A stretch of 64,000 bases of DNA from a phage. The stretch is taken from sequence record PV467749.1; one strand, given 5' to 3'. Of this stretch, positions 17,396 through 26,724 are shown in pieces (the first letter of the stretch is position 1; each line of letters begins with the position of its first letter). A program made the position numbers and the translations under genes. A model generated the notes under the pieces. The model was not told the origin of the DNA. It did not search any database and saw nothing but the letters and a program-made list of their open reading frames with translations.

Positions 17396-19132
17396 TTAAA
17401 AAGAATCGCCTAAATTATTCGGGTTAAAACCTGCACTTCCTTGTTGTTCTTGGTATTCAGCATCGGCACTTTCTAAGTTACCGTCATCATCAATACCCAA
17501 ATCCATACCAGGATCGTTAGGAGCATCTATACCAACAGATTGCAACCCAGCAGCATCTTCTTCACCACTTGACGGAGCGGAACCATCTTGTGGATTTTCT
17601 TGGAGCCACATTTGCTCATTCTTAACAATATCAGCTTTAGAGAAGCCCATTTTTTCAAGAATAGTTTGTTTTGCCATATATGGCAGATCGTTAAGTGGGA
17701 GATAGGTGTTAATTAGTTTAGCATCTAGTTCCGCTTTACGATAAGAAGCCAAGTTAATAGGTGGATTCATAATTACTTCAAAAGATGAAGTACTAATGTT
17801 ATATCCATTTTTAACCATAAAACGTTTAAATTCTGCATCAAATAGTTTTGCAACTAAACGTTGATAACGCATACATTGGTTATTAAAACGTAATTCACTT
17901 GCCATTGCTTGTGTTGCACCATCACCAAATAGTGATACACCACCATCATCTGGACCTTGCGGTAGATATGAAGCTGGGATTTGCAAACCACGAATCAATT
18001 TATTGTTGAAGTAACGCAAGTCATCAATCTGACCTAAGTTATCACCACCAGGAAGTGTTTGTACATCTGAACCACGACCTTCAGAAGTTTGTGGGAAGAA
18101 GTAATCTTCTAGAATACTTAATGGATTATATGCTGCATCCATTAGTGAAGTACTGCCACCTTTATTTGAAGGAATACGTCTTTGGTGAATTTCATTTTTG
18201 AATCGTTCTACGTATGCCATTGCTTGGTGAGTTTGCATATCACCAACGTCGATTTTAAATACACGACGCTCTGGAGCACGTTGAACACGATAGATAATAA
18301 TACTATCTTCAAGTAATTCTTTTTGTTTATAGACTTTGAAAACATCTTCAAGTATACTAGTACCAAAAGGCCAAACTCCATCTTGTCCTGTATTTAGGGT
18401 TAGATGAATTACATGTTCTGCACCAACTGGAATAACATCAAGACGACCGTTAGTACTGAATGGGTCAGCAGAGTTTCCTTGGTTAGTAAAGCCAGATGCA
18501 CCACCTGCTGCTACTGAACCACCGCCACCTAATGTGGTAGGGATTGCACCAGGATATGCAGTTTTGTCAAAACCAACTTGCAAGTTACTAAACACTTTAT
18601 CTTTAAGATTCAAAGATACGTCACGGATATAATAAATTACAGGGGTTTTTCCGGTTGCTTCGTTAACGAATACTTGTTCAACGTTTTTTGGGCTTACCCA
18701 GTACCAGTCAAATGTTTCTGGGTCACGAATGAAGAATTGGTCACCGTATTTTAATAGGCCACGTACAATTTCATACATTCTGGTTTTAAAATCATTTTGT
18801 TCTGTCCATGCATCCAAACGGTCTTCAATAGTAGTTACTTCTGTATCACCAATATCATCTTTATATTTGATTTTATATGGAAGACCAAAATCTTCAGTAC
18901 TTTGTGTACAGAAGTCAGCAATGATATTAAGTGCTGTTCTAATTTCAGGATCTTGGTCCATCTGTTCATACTGACTATAACGTTCAGTACGGTTAGCTAA
19001 ACCATTGTATACTACTGGAAGATAGGAAGCGAAATTGGTTTTCGTTCCTGTTGATTTGTTGCTATTACTGGACTGATTAGGGACGACCGATAACTTCGAT
19101 CTCCCCATTGTCATATGTCGTTTCCAACTCAT
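17396..19132 (-). CDS. portal protein (T4 gp20-like)
   Basis: [21 protein letters not shown] vs T4 gp20 [39 protein letters not shown] vs DTLPGADNTGNMEDIRWF. Confidence 0.92.
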   Translation of the reverse strand: [578 protein letters not shown]

Positions 19133-19144
19133 TATTGTTCGTCC

Positions 19145-21343
19145 TTAACTGTTTCTCTCACCTTGGGTGTTTTCAGAGATAGTTCTTAGATAATTATTTG
19201 TCTGTTGTACAGCAGATAGTGATTGTTCATTAACATCGGCAAGCTTTTTGAGTATTTCTTTCATTTCATCAGAAATCGGTGCTGGTGGTCCAGTTCTCGA
19301 TGTCACTGCACTACCATTATTTATCATCTTCTTAATTGCCTCTGTATCGTCAGGTTTTGGCGGTACTGGTGGTTCACCTGGTGCCCATGCAGTTTTATCA
19401 AAATCTTTACGAGATACAGTTATTTCTGGAGCAACGTTATTGGTTTTTTCAATAACAGGACGAATACGTTCTACTCCTGGACGGTTGAATAAACTGTCAG
19501 CATAATCAGATGGTAGTGGTTTTGGTTCTTTGTAGTTACGTGAGGTGTTCCATTTGTTGAACTTATCCCACATCCCTGCAAAATAATCACTAACACTATT
19601 TACACCGTTGTCAATGATGTTGTTTACGCTTTCTGCTGGGGTTTCAGTACTGTTATTGAGTTTTATATCATTATCAGAACCACCACCGAACCAACTTTTA
19701 ACAGAATTCCATAGGTTACCAGGTAAATCCATTAAGTTATTCATAAAGGTATCAAATGCTTCTGACACTTTAGAGTAACCTGAACCGAATATATCTGCAC
19801 CCAATCCATCCAACCAAGCTGTAAATTCAGCACCAATACGATCAAGGTAAGCAATTGCATCTTTAGCAATAGGTACTAACCCAAATCCATCAAGAGCCAA
19901 TTCCCCAATAAACTCCCATGCACCATCAGTTCTGTCTGCAATGTCTGAAAGATAATCCACAATTGAATTTTGTGTATTAGCATACATTGTATTAAATGGT
20001 TCAGTGAATTCTTTACTAATCCACATATTGAAGCGGTTAGTAAATTGAGTTAATTTATCAGCGGGATTATTTTTAGGTTCATTTACGGTTGCTTCCATAT
20101 CCAATAGTTGTTGGTAGAAGGTTGCAGCAGTTGTGTTTCCTAATTGAATCTGGTTAAGCAAATCTTGCTTAATTAATTCTTTATTCTTTTTAACGAATTC
20201 TAATTGTTGGCGACGAATTTCTTGTGAATCAGTTACCCCACTACGTACAAGATTTTCACCTAAATCAGCGAACTGGTTCAGTACTGGAGTGAGTAGGTCA
20301 TCCGGTACGCCACCAATAGACAATCTGTGTGATATCAAACGGAGGAAATCTGCACCTGCATCACCCATTGCACCCGCAGCTTCGTTGAACGCCTTAGATG
20401 TTGCTACAGCAGCTTTACTGGATAGTCCAGAGTAGTTCTGCAATGCAATTTGCATAGAACGCGTATCGAGTGATTTATCTAGGTTTTGTGTTTTGTTTAG
20501 TAATGCATCTACGGATTCACCCATGCTTTTACTGAATTTAGTCATGCTCATGATGAATTGTTCAGTACTTTTAGCTTGGTCCATACTACGAAGAGCTTCA
20601 CGACCACCATATTGTTTTTGGAACTTAATGTTTCTTGCAGTTAAATCAGTTAATGTTTTTTGAGAAATACCATAAAGGCCAAGTTCATTTTGAGCTTGTT
20701 GAACAGTTCCTAATAATTTACCAAAGGTAGCAACACCATCACCATATGCACCATCCAATTGAGCTACTACAGAACTATGTGTTTGTAGAGCTTCACTGAA
20801 TGCATCCATACTCAACATAGATGCACCTGCACCTTTCAGTACTGAGCCATAACCTTCAGCCAATGCAACACCAGCACTGTTAATTCTGGTATAAACTTCC
20901 AATTGTGCATTAAGGGCATTGTATACCGCAAGACCAGCACCAGTAACGAGTTTAAACGCTGCTGCCGCTGCACCAATTGGACCTGGCATCATTGCTAATG
21001 AACCAGCAAATGATGATGCACTAACGCCTAATGAGTTTACTACAGTACTTACGTTGGTACTGGAGTTCATCATTGTTTTGCTTACATTAGAAACTTCAGA
21101 AGATAGTGATTTGAACAATTTACCAAATGCTTTCCCATCATCGGCTTGTGCACTTCCACGATTTCCACGATTACTGGAAGAACTGGAACTGGAACCATTC
21201 TTTTTACTATTTGAACCTGATTTTTTCTTATCATTCTTTATATTTTCAGCTAATAACTCACGGATAGCAGTCAAACTATCATTGTTATCTTTAGTTTGAT
21301 TAACCAACTGCTGTAGTAGGTAATCACTTGTATTGACAGCCAT
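19145..21343 (-). CDS. tape-measure-like / large internal virion protein
   Basis: Track ORF starts at GTG with implausible N-terminal extension; start moved to ATG (MAVNTS) with AAAGGGA RBS; Ala/Gly/Ser-rich with helical repeats typical of tape measure proteins; function not verified. Confidence 0.6.
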   Translation of the reverse strand: MAVNTSDYLLQQLVNQTKDNNDSLTAIRELLAENIKNDKKKSGSNSKKNGSSSSSSSNRGNRGSAQADDGKAFGKLFKSLSSEVSNVSKTMMNSSTNVSTVVNSLGVSASSFAGSLAMMPGPIGAAAAAFKLVTGAGLAVYNALNAQLEVYTRINSAGVALAEGYGSVLKGAGASMLSMDAFSEALQTHSSVVAQLDGAYGDGVATFGKLLGTVQQAQNELGLYGISQKTLTDLTARNIKFQKQYGGREALRSMDQAKSTEQFIMSMTKFSKSMGESVDALLNKTQNLDKSLDTRSMQIALQNYSGLSSKAAVATSKAFNEAAGAMGDAGADFLRLISHRLSIGGVPDDLLTPVLNQFADLGENLVRSGVTDSQEIRRQQLEFVKKNKELIKQDLLNQIQLGNTTAATFYQQLLDMEATVNEPKNNPADKLTQFTNRFNMWISKEFTEPFNTMYANTQNSIVDYLSDIADRTDGAWEFIGELALDGFGLVPIAKDAIAYLDRIGAEFTAWLDGLGADIFGSGYSKVSEAFDTFMNNLMDLPGNLWNSVKSWFGGGSDNDIKLNNSTETPAESVNNIIDNGVNSVSDYFAGMWDKFNKWNTSRNYKEPKPLPSDYADSLFNRPGVERIRPVIEKTNNVAPEITVSRKDFDKTAWAPGEPPVPPKPDDTEAIKKMINNGSAVTSRTGPPAPISDEMKEILKKLADVNEQSLSAVQQTNNYLRTISENTQGERNS

Positions 21344-21488
21344 AACATTCCCTTTTAATAGATGTATTATAGAAATATTTATGAATCTATAACGAATAAA
21401 AAAGACCCATCTATAACATTTGTCCAATTTGTCCCATTTTTTGGTAATAAATACTACAGAGACATTTATTACATGGAGATTTAATAAA

Positions 21489-22325
21489 ATGGCAATGAAC
21501 CCACTAGCTAAGTATACTAAAATTGAAGAACTTGGTACAAAATTGGTCACAAATGGCGTGATTCCTTATAAAGAAGGAGTTCTTGGCTCTAAAGGTATCA
21601 AATGTGGCATTTGTGCTCGTAGTGCACGCGATGAAATGACACTCAATACACCAGATATGCTTCTAAATGGTGATGCAATTGCTCGTGTTATTGAAAACTG
21701 CGTACCTAACGTACTTGATGCAGATGAACTTTATGTAAATGACGTAGAGCAACTACTTATCGCTATTAAAGTAGCTTCTAAAGAAGAATCATATGATATT
21801 AATGTGACATGTCCTGAATGTAACAAAGAAGGCCGTTTTGAGCGTAGCTTATCATATCTACTAGAAACAGCACATACTTTCAGTGAAGTTCCTACTGTAC
21901 AATTGGATAATGGACTAAGTTTAGAGTTTAGACCACTTACTTGGAAGGAATATTCTAACTTCGCAGAAAGAATGTTTACAGAACAACAAAAAACTAAATT
22001 CCTTGAAACTGCCGAAATGGAGCAGGAAGAAAAAGTTAAAGTGTTTGGTGAAGTATTTGAAAGTATGGCACAACTCAACTTTGATATGATCGCAGGAGTT
22101 ATTGCTAAAGTAATTACTCCTGAAGGTGATGAAGTAACTGAAAACGAATTCATTTCTGAATGGCTAGGTCAGCAGTCCAAAGGAACACTTAAAATAATTC
22201 GTGAAAAAATGGATGAAGTACTTGAAATTGGTGTTTCCCATACTATGGAAGTTGAATGCAGTGACTGTAATCATCAATGGGAAATTAATGGACTGAAATA
22301 TGACCCAAGTCATTTTTTCGCATAA
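21489..22325 (+). CDS. zinc-ribbon-containing protein (CGIC...CPEC...CSDC), hypothetical
   Basis: Start at ATG (MAMNPL) with GGAG RBS; three CxxC motifs. Confidence 0.65.
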   Translation: MAMNPLAKYTKIEELGTKLVTNGVIPYKEGVLGSKGIKCGICARSARDEMTLNTPDMLLNGDAIARVIENCVPNVLDADELYVNDVEQLLIAIKVASKEESYDINVTCPECNKEGRFERSLSYLLETAHTFSEVPTVQLDNGLSLEFRPLTWKEYSNFAERMFTEQQKTKFLETAEMEQEEKVKVFGEVFESMAQLNFDMIAGVIAKVITPEGDEVTENEFISEWLGQQSKGTLKIIREKMDEVLEIGVSHTMEVECSDCNHQWEINGLKYDPSHFFA

Positions 22326-22534
22326 TGCTTCTCCACTCATCTCCTGAAGAAATACAAGAAGTACTTAAGGAATTTGAGTTGAATAAGTCAGATATTAAAA
22401 CTGCATTAATGGAGTGTTCTGTTTATATGGAAAGTGTTGATTACGGAACACTACTTAATATGCCACTAATTGATAGAGACTTATTAGTTAAGTCTTTTAA
22501 TAAGAAAATTAAAAAACAAAACGAGAAGCACTAA
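22325..22534 (+). CDS. hypothetical protein (69 aa)
   Basis: ATG overlaps upstream stop (TAATG); followed by strong terminator. Confidence 0.5.
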   Translation: MLLHSSPEEIQEVLKEFELNKSDIKTALMECSVYMESVDYGTLLNMPLIDRDLLVKSFNKKIKKQNEKH

Positions 22535-22544
22535 CTCACAAGGA

Positions 22545-22572
22545 GCCAGCACATTGTTGCTGGTTTTTTTTT
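22545..22572 (+). terminator. intrinsic terminator after gene 22325..22534
   Basis: CCAGCA-CATTGT-TGCTGG followed by T9. Confidence 0.85.
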
Positions 22573-23372
22573 GGTTTTAAACTACAGAATTGATTGAATT
22601 GAATTATGAAAGGAATTAATTATTTTATAGTGAACTCATCTAACTCATTTCATTCGTTAGCTGAAGAATATTCGTTACTACGTAACTCATATTCATTTCT
22701 TATAATTAATTATAAAGAACTTTAAAAGATTTAATACTTGACGGGATTTGTTGAAGACATTTTCATCCCCCCGCAGGGGAATGAAGACAATAAAAAAGAG
22801 ACAATTAAGTCTCTTAATTCTTGACGCTGATGGTTTCAGCATTTATTGTATTGCGAATTTCTTAAAATTCATTAAGAACGAAAGCGGGTTGCTCTGTTTC
22901 TCTCTATCGCAGTCATGTGCAACGGTCGTCAGTCTTAATCATCCTGACACTCACCTGAAAGTCTATACAATCAAACTTCAGGCTGTTTATTAAATCACTT
23001 AATAAACTCCCTTAGCAAATCTGGTAAGGTGCGATCCTTATACATCTATCGAGGAACTCTCTGTATGCTTATCGGAGTTCTTTATTGAGCCGTGTCGCCG
23101 TGAGGGGTTCAAACTATGCCCACATCTAACGGGTTTCTTCTGCTCATCGCACTGTTGAACTGCTCATCTGCCATCTACATTTTCGATAGGATCAGGTTCT
23201 AATTTATATGCATTTCTGCATTCAACAGGATTGTCATCACTACAATTAACATTATAGCACCAAATTCAAAAGTGTCTCACTATTATGATAAAAAATTTAT
23301 AAAAAGTACATAATTCTTGAACATTGAAGTAACGCATAAATATTTTGATAAGAATTAGTTTAGTGGGGATTT

Positions 23373-23858
23373 ATGAAGAAAAGATTAAAAGATAGTAAAG
23401 AAGCTGCAAACTATCGAAATGAATTACTAAAGAAGCAAAAAGGAATTGATCCTATAATTAAGGAACCAATAACTAAGCCAGTACTTGATCACTATCACTT
23501 CGAGAATCAACATTGTCGCGGAGTACTCCAGAATGAGATAAACGCCTTTGAGGGTAAGGTTTCCAACGCATGGAACCGATATGGAAAGCATTTAACTGAT
23601 ATGCCATTACATGAAGTACTAAGAAACCTTGCAGATTATCTTGAAAAGAACAATAATATCCCACTGGAAGAACAGGTGATTCATCACACGGCACTAACTG
23701 TGGATGTAAACAAGTTTAAAAGGCTCCCTGCAACGCGTCAGAACGAGATATTGGGGTTATGCGGTATAGAGCCATTACCTAATACAAAAGAACGCTCAAA
23801 GAGAGCTAGAGAGCTTATTAAGAAAGGAATTCTCAATATAAATGAATACAAAAAATGA
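23373..23858 (+). CDS. Endonuclease VII-family protein (T4 gp49-like resolvase)
   Basis: LDHYHFENQHCRGVLQNEINAFEG aligns with T4 endo VII LDHDHELNGPKAGKVRGLLCNLCNAAEG; HEVLRNLADYLEK vs YLEWLENLLTYL; zinc-ligand cysteines apparently absent. Confidence 0.7.
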   Translation: MKKRLKDSKEAANYRNELLKKQKGIDPIIKEPITKPVLDHYHFENQHCRGVLQNEINAFEGKVSNAWNRYGKHLTDMPLHEVLRNLADYLEKNNNIPLEEQVIHHTALTVDVNKFKRLPATRQNEILGLCGIEPLPNTKERSKRARELIKKGILNINEYKK

Positions 23859-24546
23859 TATTTTTATAGATAAAGCAAATATAAAACATAACAACAAATA
23901 TGAATATACATTAGTTGAGTATGTAAATAATTACACTAAAGTTAAAATTATATGTAAGAAACATGGTATGTTTTCACAAACTCCAAATCACCATTTAAAA
24001 GGAAGTGGATGTAATGAATGTTACTTAGAAAGCAAGCACGATACTAAAGATGACTTCATAAAAAAATCCATGAAAGTTCATGGTGAATTATATGATTACT
24101 CAAATGTGATATATAAATCTTCAAAGAAAAAAGTTGAAATTATATGCAATAAACATGGTTCTTTTTATCAGAGGCCACATGAACATATATCAGGTAAAGG
24201 TTGTTCAGAATGTGGAGTTGGTGGTTACAAGAGAAGTAAACCAGGTCGTTTATATGTATATGAAGTTTTACAAGACGACAAAACTATAGCATACAAATAC
24301 GGAATAACTAATGGTACTATTAATAATAGAAAATATTACCATGAGTATCACTCTAACTTAAAATTTAATTGTGTTTATGAACTATATGATGAAGATGGTA
24401 ATGTTCCATATAATATAGAAAAAGCAATAAAAGCTGGCATGAAAAGTGTTTTTTTATCAAAAACTATTTTAGAAGTTGGGTATACCGAAACGATAGAACC
24501 GTCTTTATATGAAGATTTGATTAATATAATAAAAAAAGGGAGCTAA
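23842..24546 (+). CDS. homing-endonuclease-like protein: two zinc-ribbon-like modules + GIY-YIG-like (T5orf172) domain
   Basis: Repeats YEYTLVEYVNNYTKVKIICKKHGMFSQTPNHHLKGSGCNEC and YDYSNVIYKSSKKKVEIICNKHGSFYQRPHEHISGKGCSEC; C-terminal PGRLYVYEV...KYGIT. Confidence 0.8.
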   Translation: MNTKNDIFIDKANIKHNNKYEYTLVEYVNNYTKVKIICKKHGMFSQTPNHHLKGSGCNECYLESKHDTKDDFIKKSMKVHGELYDYSNVIYKSSKKKVEIICNKHGSFYQRPHEHISGKGCSECGVGGYKRSKPGRLYVYEVLQDDKTIAYKYGITNGTINNRKYYHEYHSNLKFNCVYELYDEDGNVPYNIEKAIKAGMKSVFLSKTILEVGYTETIEPSLYEDLINIIKKGS

Positions 24547-24562
24547 GGCTCCCTTTCCTTTT
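24531..24562. terminator. bidirectional terminator between convergent endonuclease and gp46-like genes
   Basis: A7-GGGAGC-TAAG-GCTCCC-TTTCCTTTT; stop codon of plus gene lies in the loop. Confidence 0.75.
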
Positions 24563-24564
24563 AA

Positions 24565-26712
24565 TTAGAAAACATCATCCAGAGTTGTATACTCAACAGT
24601 ACTGAAACCATCCTCTTTAACTACTTTTAGGATTTTCTCAGTCTTAGAAAGCAATTCTTCTCTGTGAGAAATGGCATATACATTCTTACCACGCACAGCA
24701 GCCATATCTTGGAAGATAGACCACACGCGAAGAACACCACTTGAATCAAGACCTTGGTCAATCATCTCATCAATGATAAGAATATTGATACTTTGATACA
24801 ATGACTCATATGTATCACGGAAAGCACAAGATAAAGCAATGTTTACCCTTGTACGCTCACCACGACTAAGCTGTTTATAGTCAAAGTACTGACCACTTTT
24901 CTCAATTTCTACACTCAAATCATTCAAGAACACAACATTATGTTCAGAACCACACATATCAATGTAATATTGAAGACGTGTATTCAGATACGAAATGTTT
25001 TGTTCAATAATACGCTTACGGACATAAGAATCCTTGTTTAACAACAATTTAACCAAGAAATCTTGGTGATTTGCCATCTTATCAAGGTTATTATAGTCAC
25101 TATAGTCGATTGGTACTAATGAATCGGTCGTAAGTGTATTAATTTGTCCAATAAATGTGTTAGTAGTTTTCAATTCACGATCTAATTGCTGTGATAATGA
25201 AGTTACTGTCATTTCTAACTCTTTTACTTCAGATTTATTCAATGTATCTGGTACTTCTTGAAGAACATGTGCGTTCAGTTCTTCATATGATGACATAAGT
25301 TCATTAGCATAGATGTTAATTTGCTCTTCTTCACTCTTTTTAATAAGTTCTTGAAGCTTATGCTCATGCATTTGTGCTTCAGTTAGTGTAGAATAGAATG
25401 TCACAGGCTTAGGTGGCATATCAAAAATCTCAATACTATCAATTTCCTGAAGTATTGTTTCAATTTCAGAAGTGGAACTATCAATTTTCGATTGAAGTTC
25501 ATTAATAGTATTTTGAATTTTATCTTTAATAGACGAAGTATGTTCATTATGTTCTAATTCGGACATACAAAGTGGACATTTACTACTCTCCACTGTTGCT
25601 AATTTGTCCACCTCAGCACGTAACGAACTCTCATGACCATTTAAAGCCACCTTTAATGCGTTAAGTTTTTGTTCTTTGAAACGTTTTTGGTTATTATTCT
25701 CTTTTAGAATACCCTCCAACTGTTTCCATATCTCCAACTCATTGTGATTTTCTAATTCAGTACTGATATCAATAGTTTTTAGCTTATCAATACTTACATT
25801 TAATGCTAATTTTGCTGTTGCTAGTTCACGGTCATATGCATCATACTTCAAAGCTAACTCTTGCACACGTCTTTCTATTTGATCACGAGCAGCATTATGA
25901 ATAAGAGCTTTCTCTTTCACTTCTGCCAAATCATAGAGATCGTTGAAGTCTAAAGTTTTGTAGATATTCAATTCTTCAGTCAACTTAGATACTCTATTAT
26001 TTTTATCAATCTCAAATTGGTTAGCTTGTTCTTGTAATGATTCAATACTTTTTTGAATACGTTCATTACTTGCAGCCACAGTTTCAATTTTGAACTTTTC
26101 TTGTTCAGCTAAACGTTTAGAATCTTTATACATATCCTTTAATAGTTCAGCTTTCTCTGTTAATTGTGTGATGCCCAGAAGTTCCTCAATCATATCACGT
26201 TGTTTCTGTGATGATAATGCAAGAAACGGCTCTACGTTAGCATTAAGTACTACAATATGTTCAAATAGTAGTTGAGAAATCCCAAGAATCTCGTTTAGAT
26301 CTTCTTGTGTATCTTTCTTCTCCCCTCTTGACTCATCTTCGACCTTATTATCTTTACCTAATGTAATAAAGTTGAAATACGTGGGACTTCTCCCACGCTC
26401 GACGAGATATTGTACACCATCTTTCTCGAACTCAACAGATACTTCACAGTTTTTAGCATTAGTTTTATTAACTAAGTTTGGAATTTTGATATCGTTACCA
26501 ATACTTTTTCCAAACAAACCAAAAACTAAACCTTGAATGATGGCACTTTTACCAACACCATTACGGCGACCGGAACTATCACCACCTTCAATAACTGCAT
26601 CATTGTTTTGACCAAGAACTAACGATATATCAGCACCAGACAAATCAATTACTTGTGGTGCATTGCCAAATGAAAAGAAGTTCCTCATTGATATACGTGT
26701 AATGTTTAGCAC
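24565..26712 (-). CDS. recombination/repair exonuclease subunit, SbcC/Rad50-like ATPase (T4 gp46-like)
   Basis: N-terminal Walker A GVGKSAI, long coiled-coil middle, C-terminal ABC signature region; N-terminus parallels T4 gp46; track start is GTG with AAGGGAAA RBS. Confidence 0.9.
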   Translation of the reverse strand: MLNITRISMRNFFSFGNAPQVIDLSGADISLVLGQNNDAVIEGGDSSGRRNGVGKSAIIQGLVFGLFGKSIGNDIKIPNLVNKTNAKNCEVSVEFEKDGVQYLVERGRSPTYFNFITLGKDNKVEDESRGEKKDTQEDLNEILGISQLLFEHIVVLNANVEPFLALSSQKQRDMIEELLGITQLTEKAELLKDMYKDSKRLAEQEKFKIETVAASNERIQKSIESLQEQANQFEIDKNNRVSKLTEELNIYKTLDFNDLYDLAEVKEKALIHNAARDQIERRVQELALKYDAYDRELATAKLALNVSIDKLKTIDISTELENHNELEIWKQLEGILKENNNQKRFKEQKLNALKVALNGHESSLRAEVDKLATVESSKCPLCMSELEHNEHTSSIKDKIQNTINELQSKIDSSTSEIETILQEIDSIEIFDMPPKPVTFYSTLTEAQMHEHKLQELIKKSEEEQINIYANELMSSYEELNAHVLQEVPDTLNKSEVKELEMTVTSLSQQLDRELKTTNTFIGQINTLTTDSLVPIDYSDYNNLDKMANHQDFLVKLLLNKDSYVRKRIIEQNISYLNTRLQYYIDMCGSEHNVVFLNDLSVEIEKSGQYFDYKQLSRGERTRVNIALSCAFRDTYESLYQSINILIIDEMIDQGLDSSGVLRVWSIFQDMAAVRGKNVYAISHREELLSKTEKILKVVKEDGFSTVEYTTLDDVF

Positions 26713-26724
26713 AATAAATTTCCC

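Noticed and set aside
19145-21550. Track-reported starts using TTG/GTG with long N-terminal extensions (e.g. 19145..21550, 742..1800, 27743..28684)
   Set aside because: Extensions lack RBS and read through intergenic promoter regions; in-frame ATG codons with good Shine-Dalgarno spacing were preferred.
22748-22993. ORF 22748..22993 (81 aa) inside the ORF-free island
   Set aside because: No RBS, atypical composition and no motif; the region is better treated as non-coding or degraded.
22573-23372. Group I intron or tRNA cluster in the ORF-free island
   Set aside because: I could not find a tRNA cloverleaf (no acceptor/T-arm pairing around the GGTTCAAAC candidate) or recognisable group I core elements, and no flanking gene is visibly split; kept as an open finding rather than an annotated RNA.
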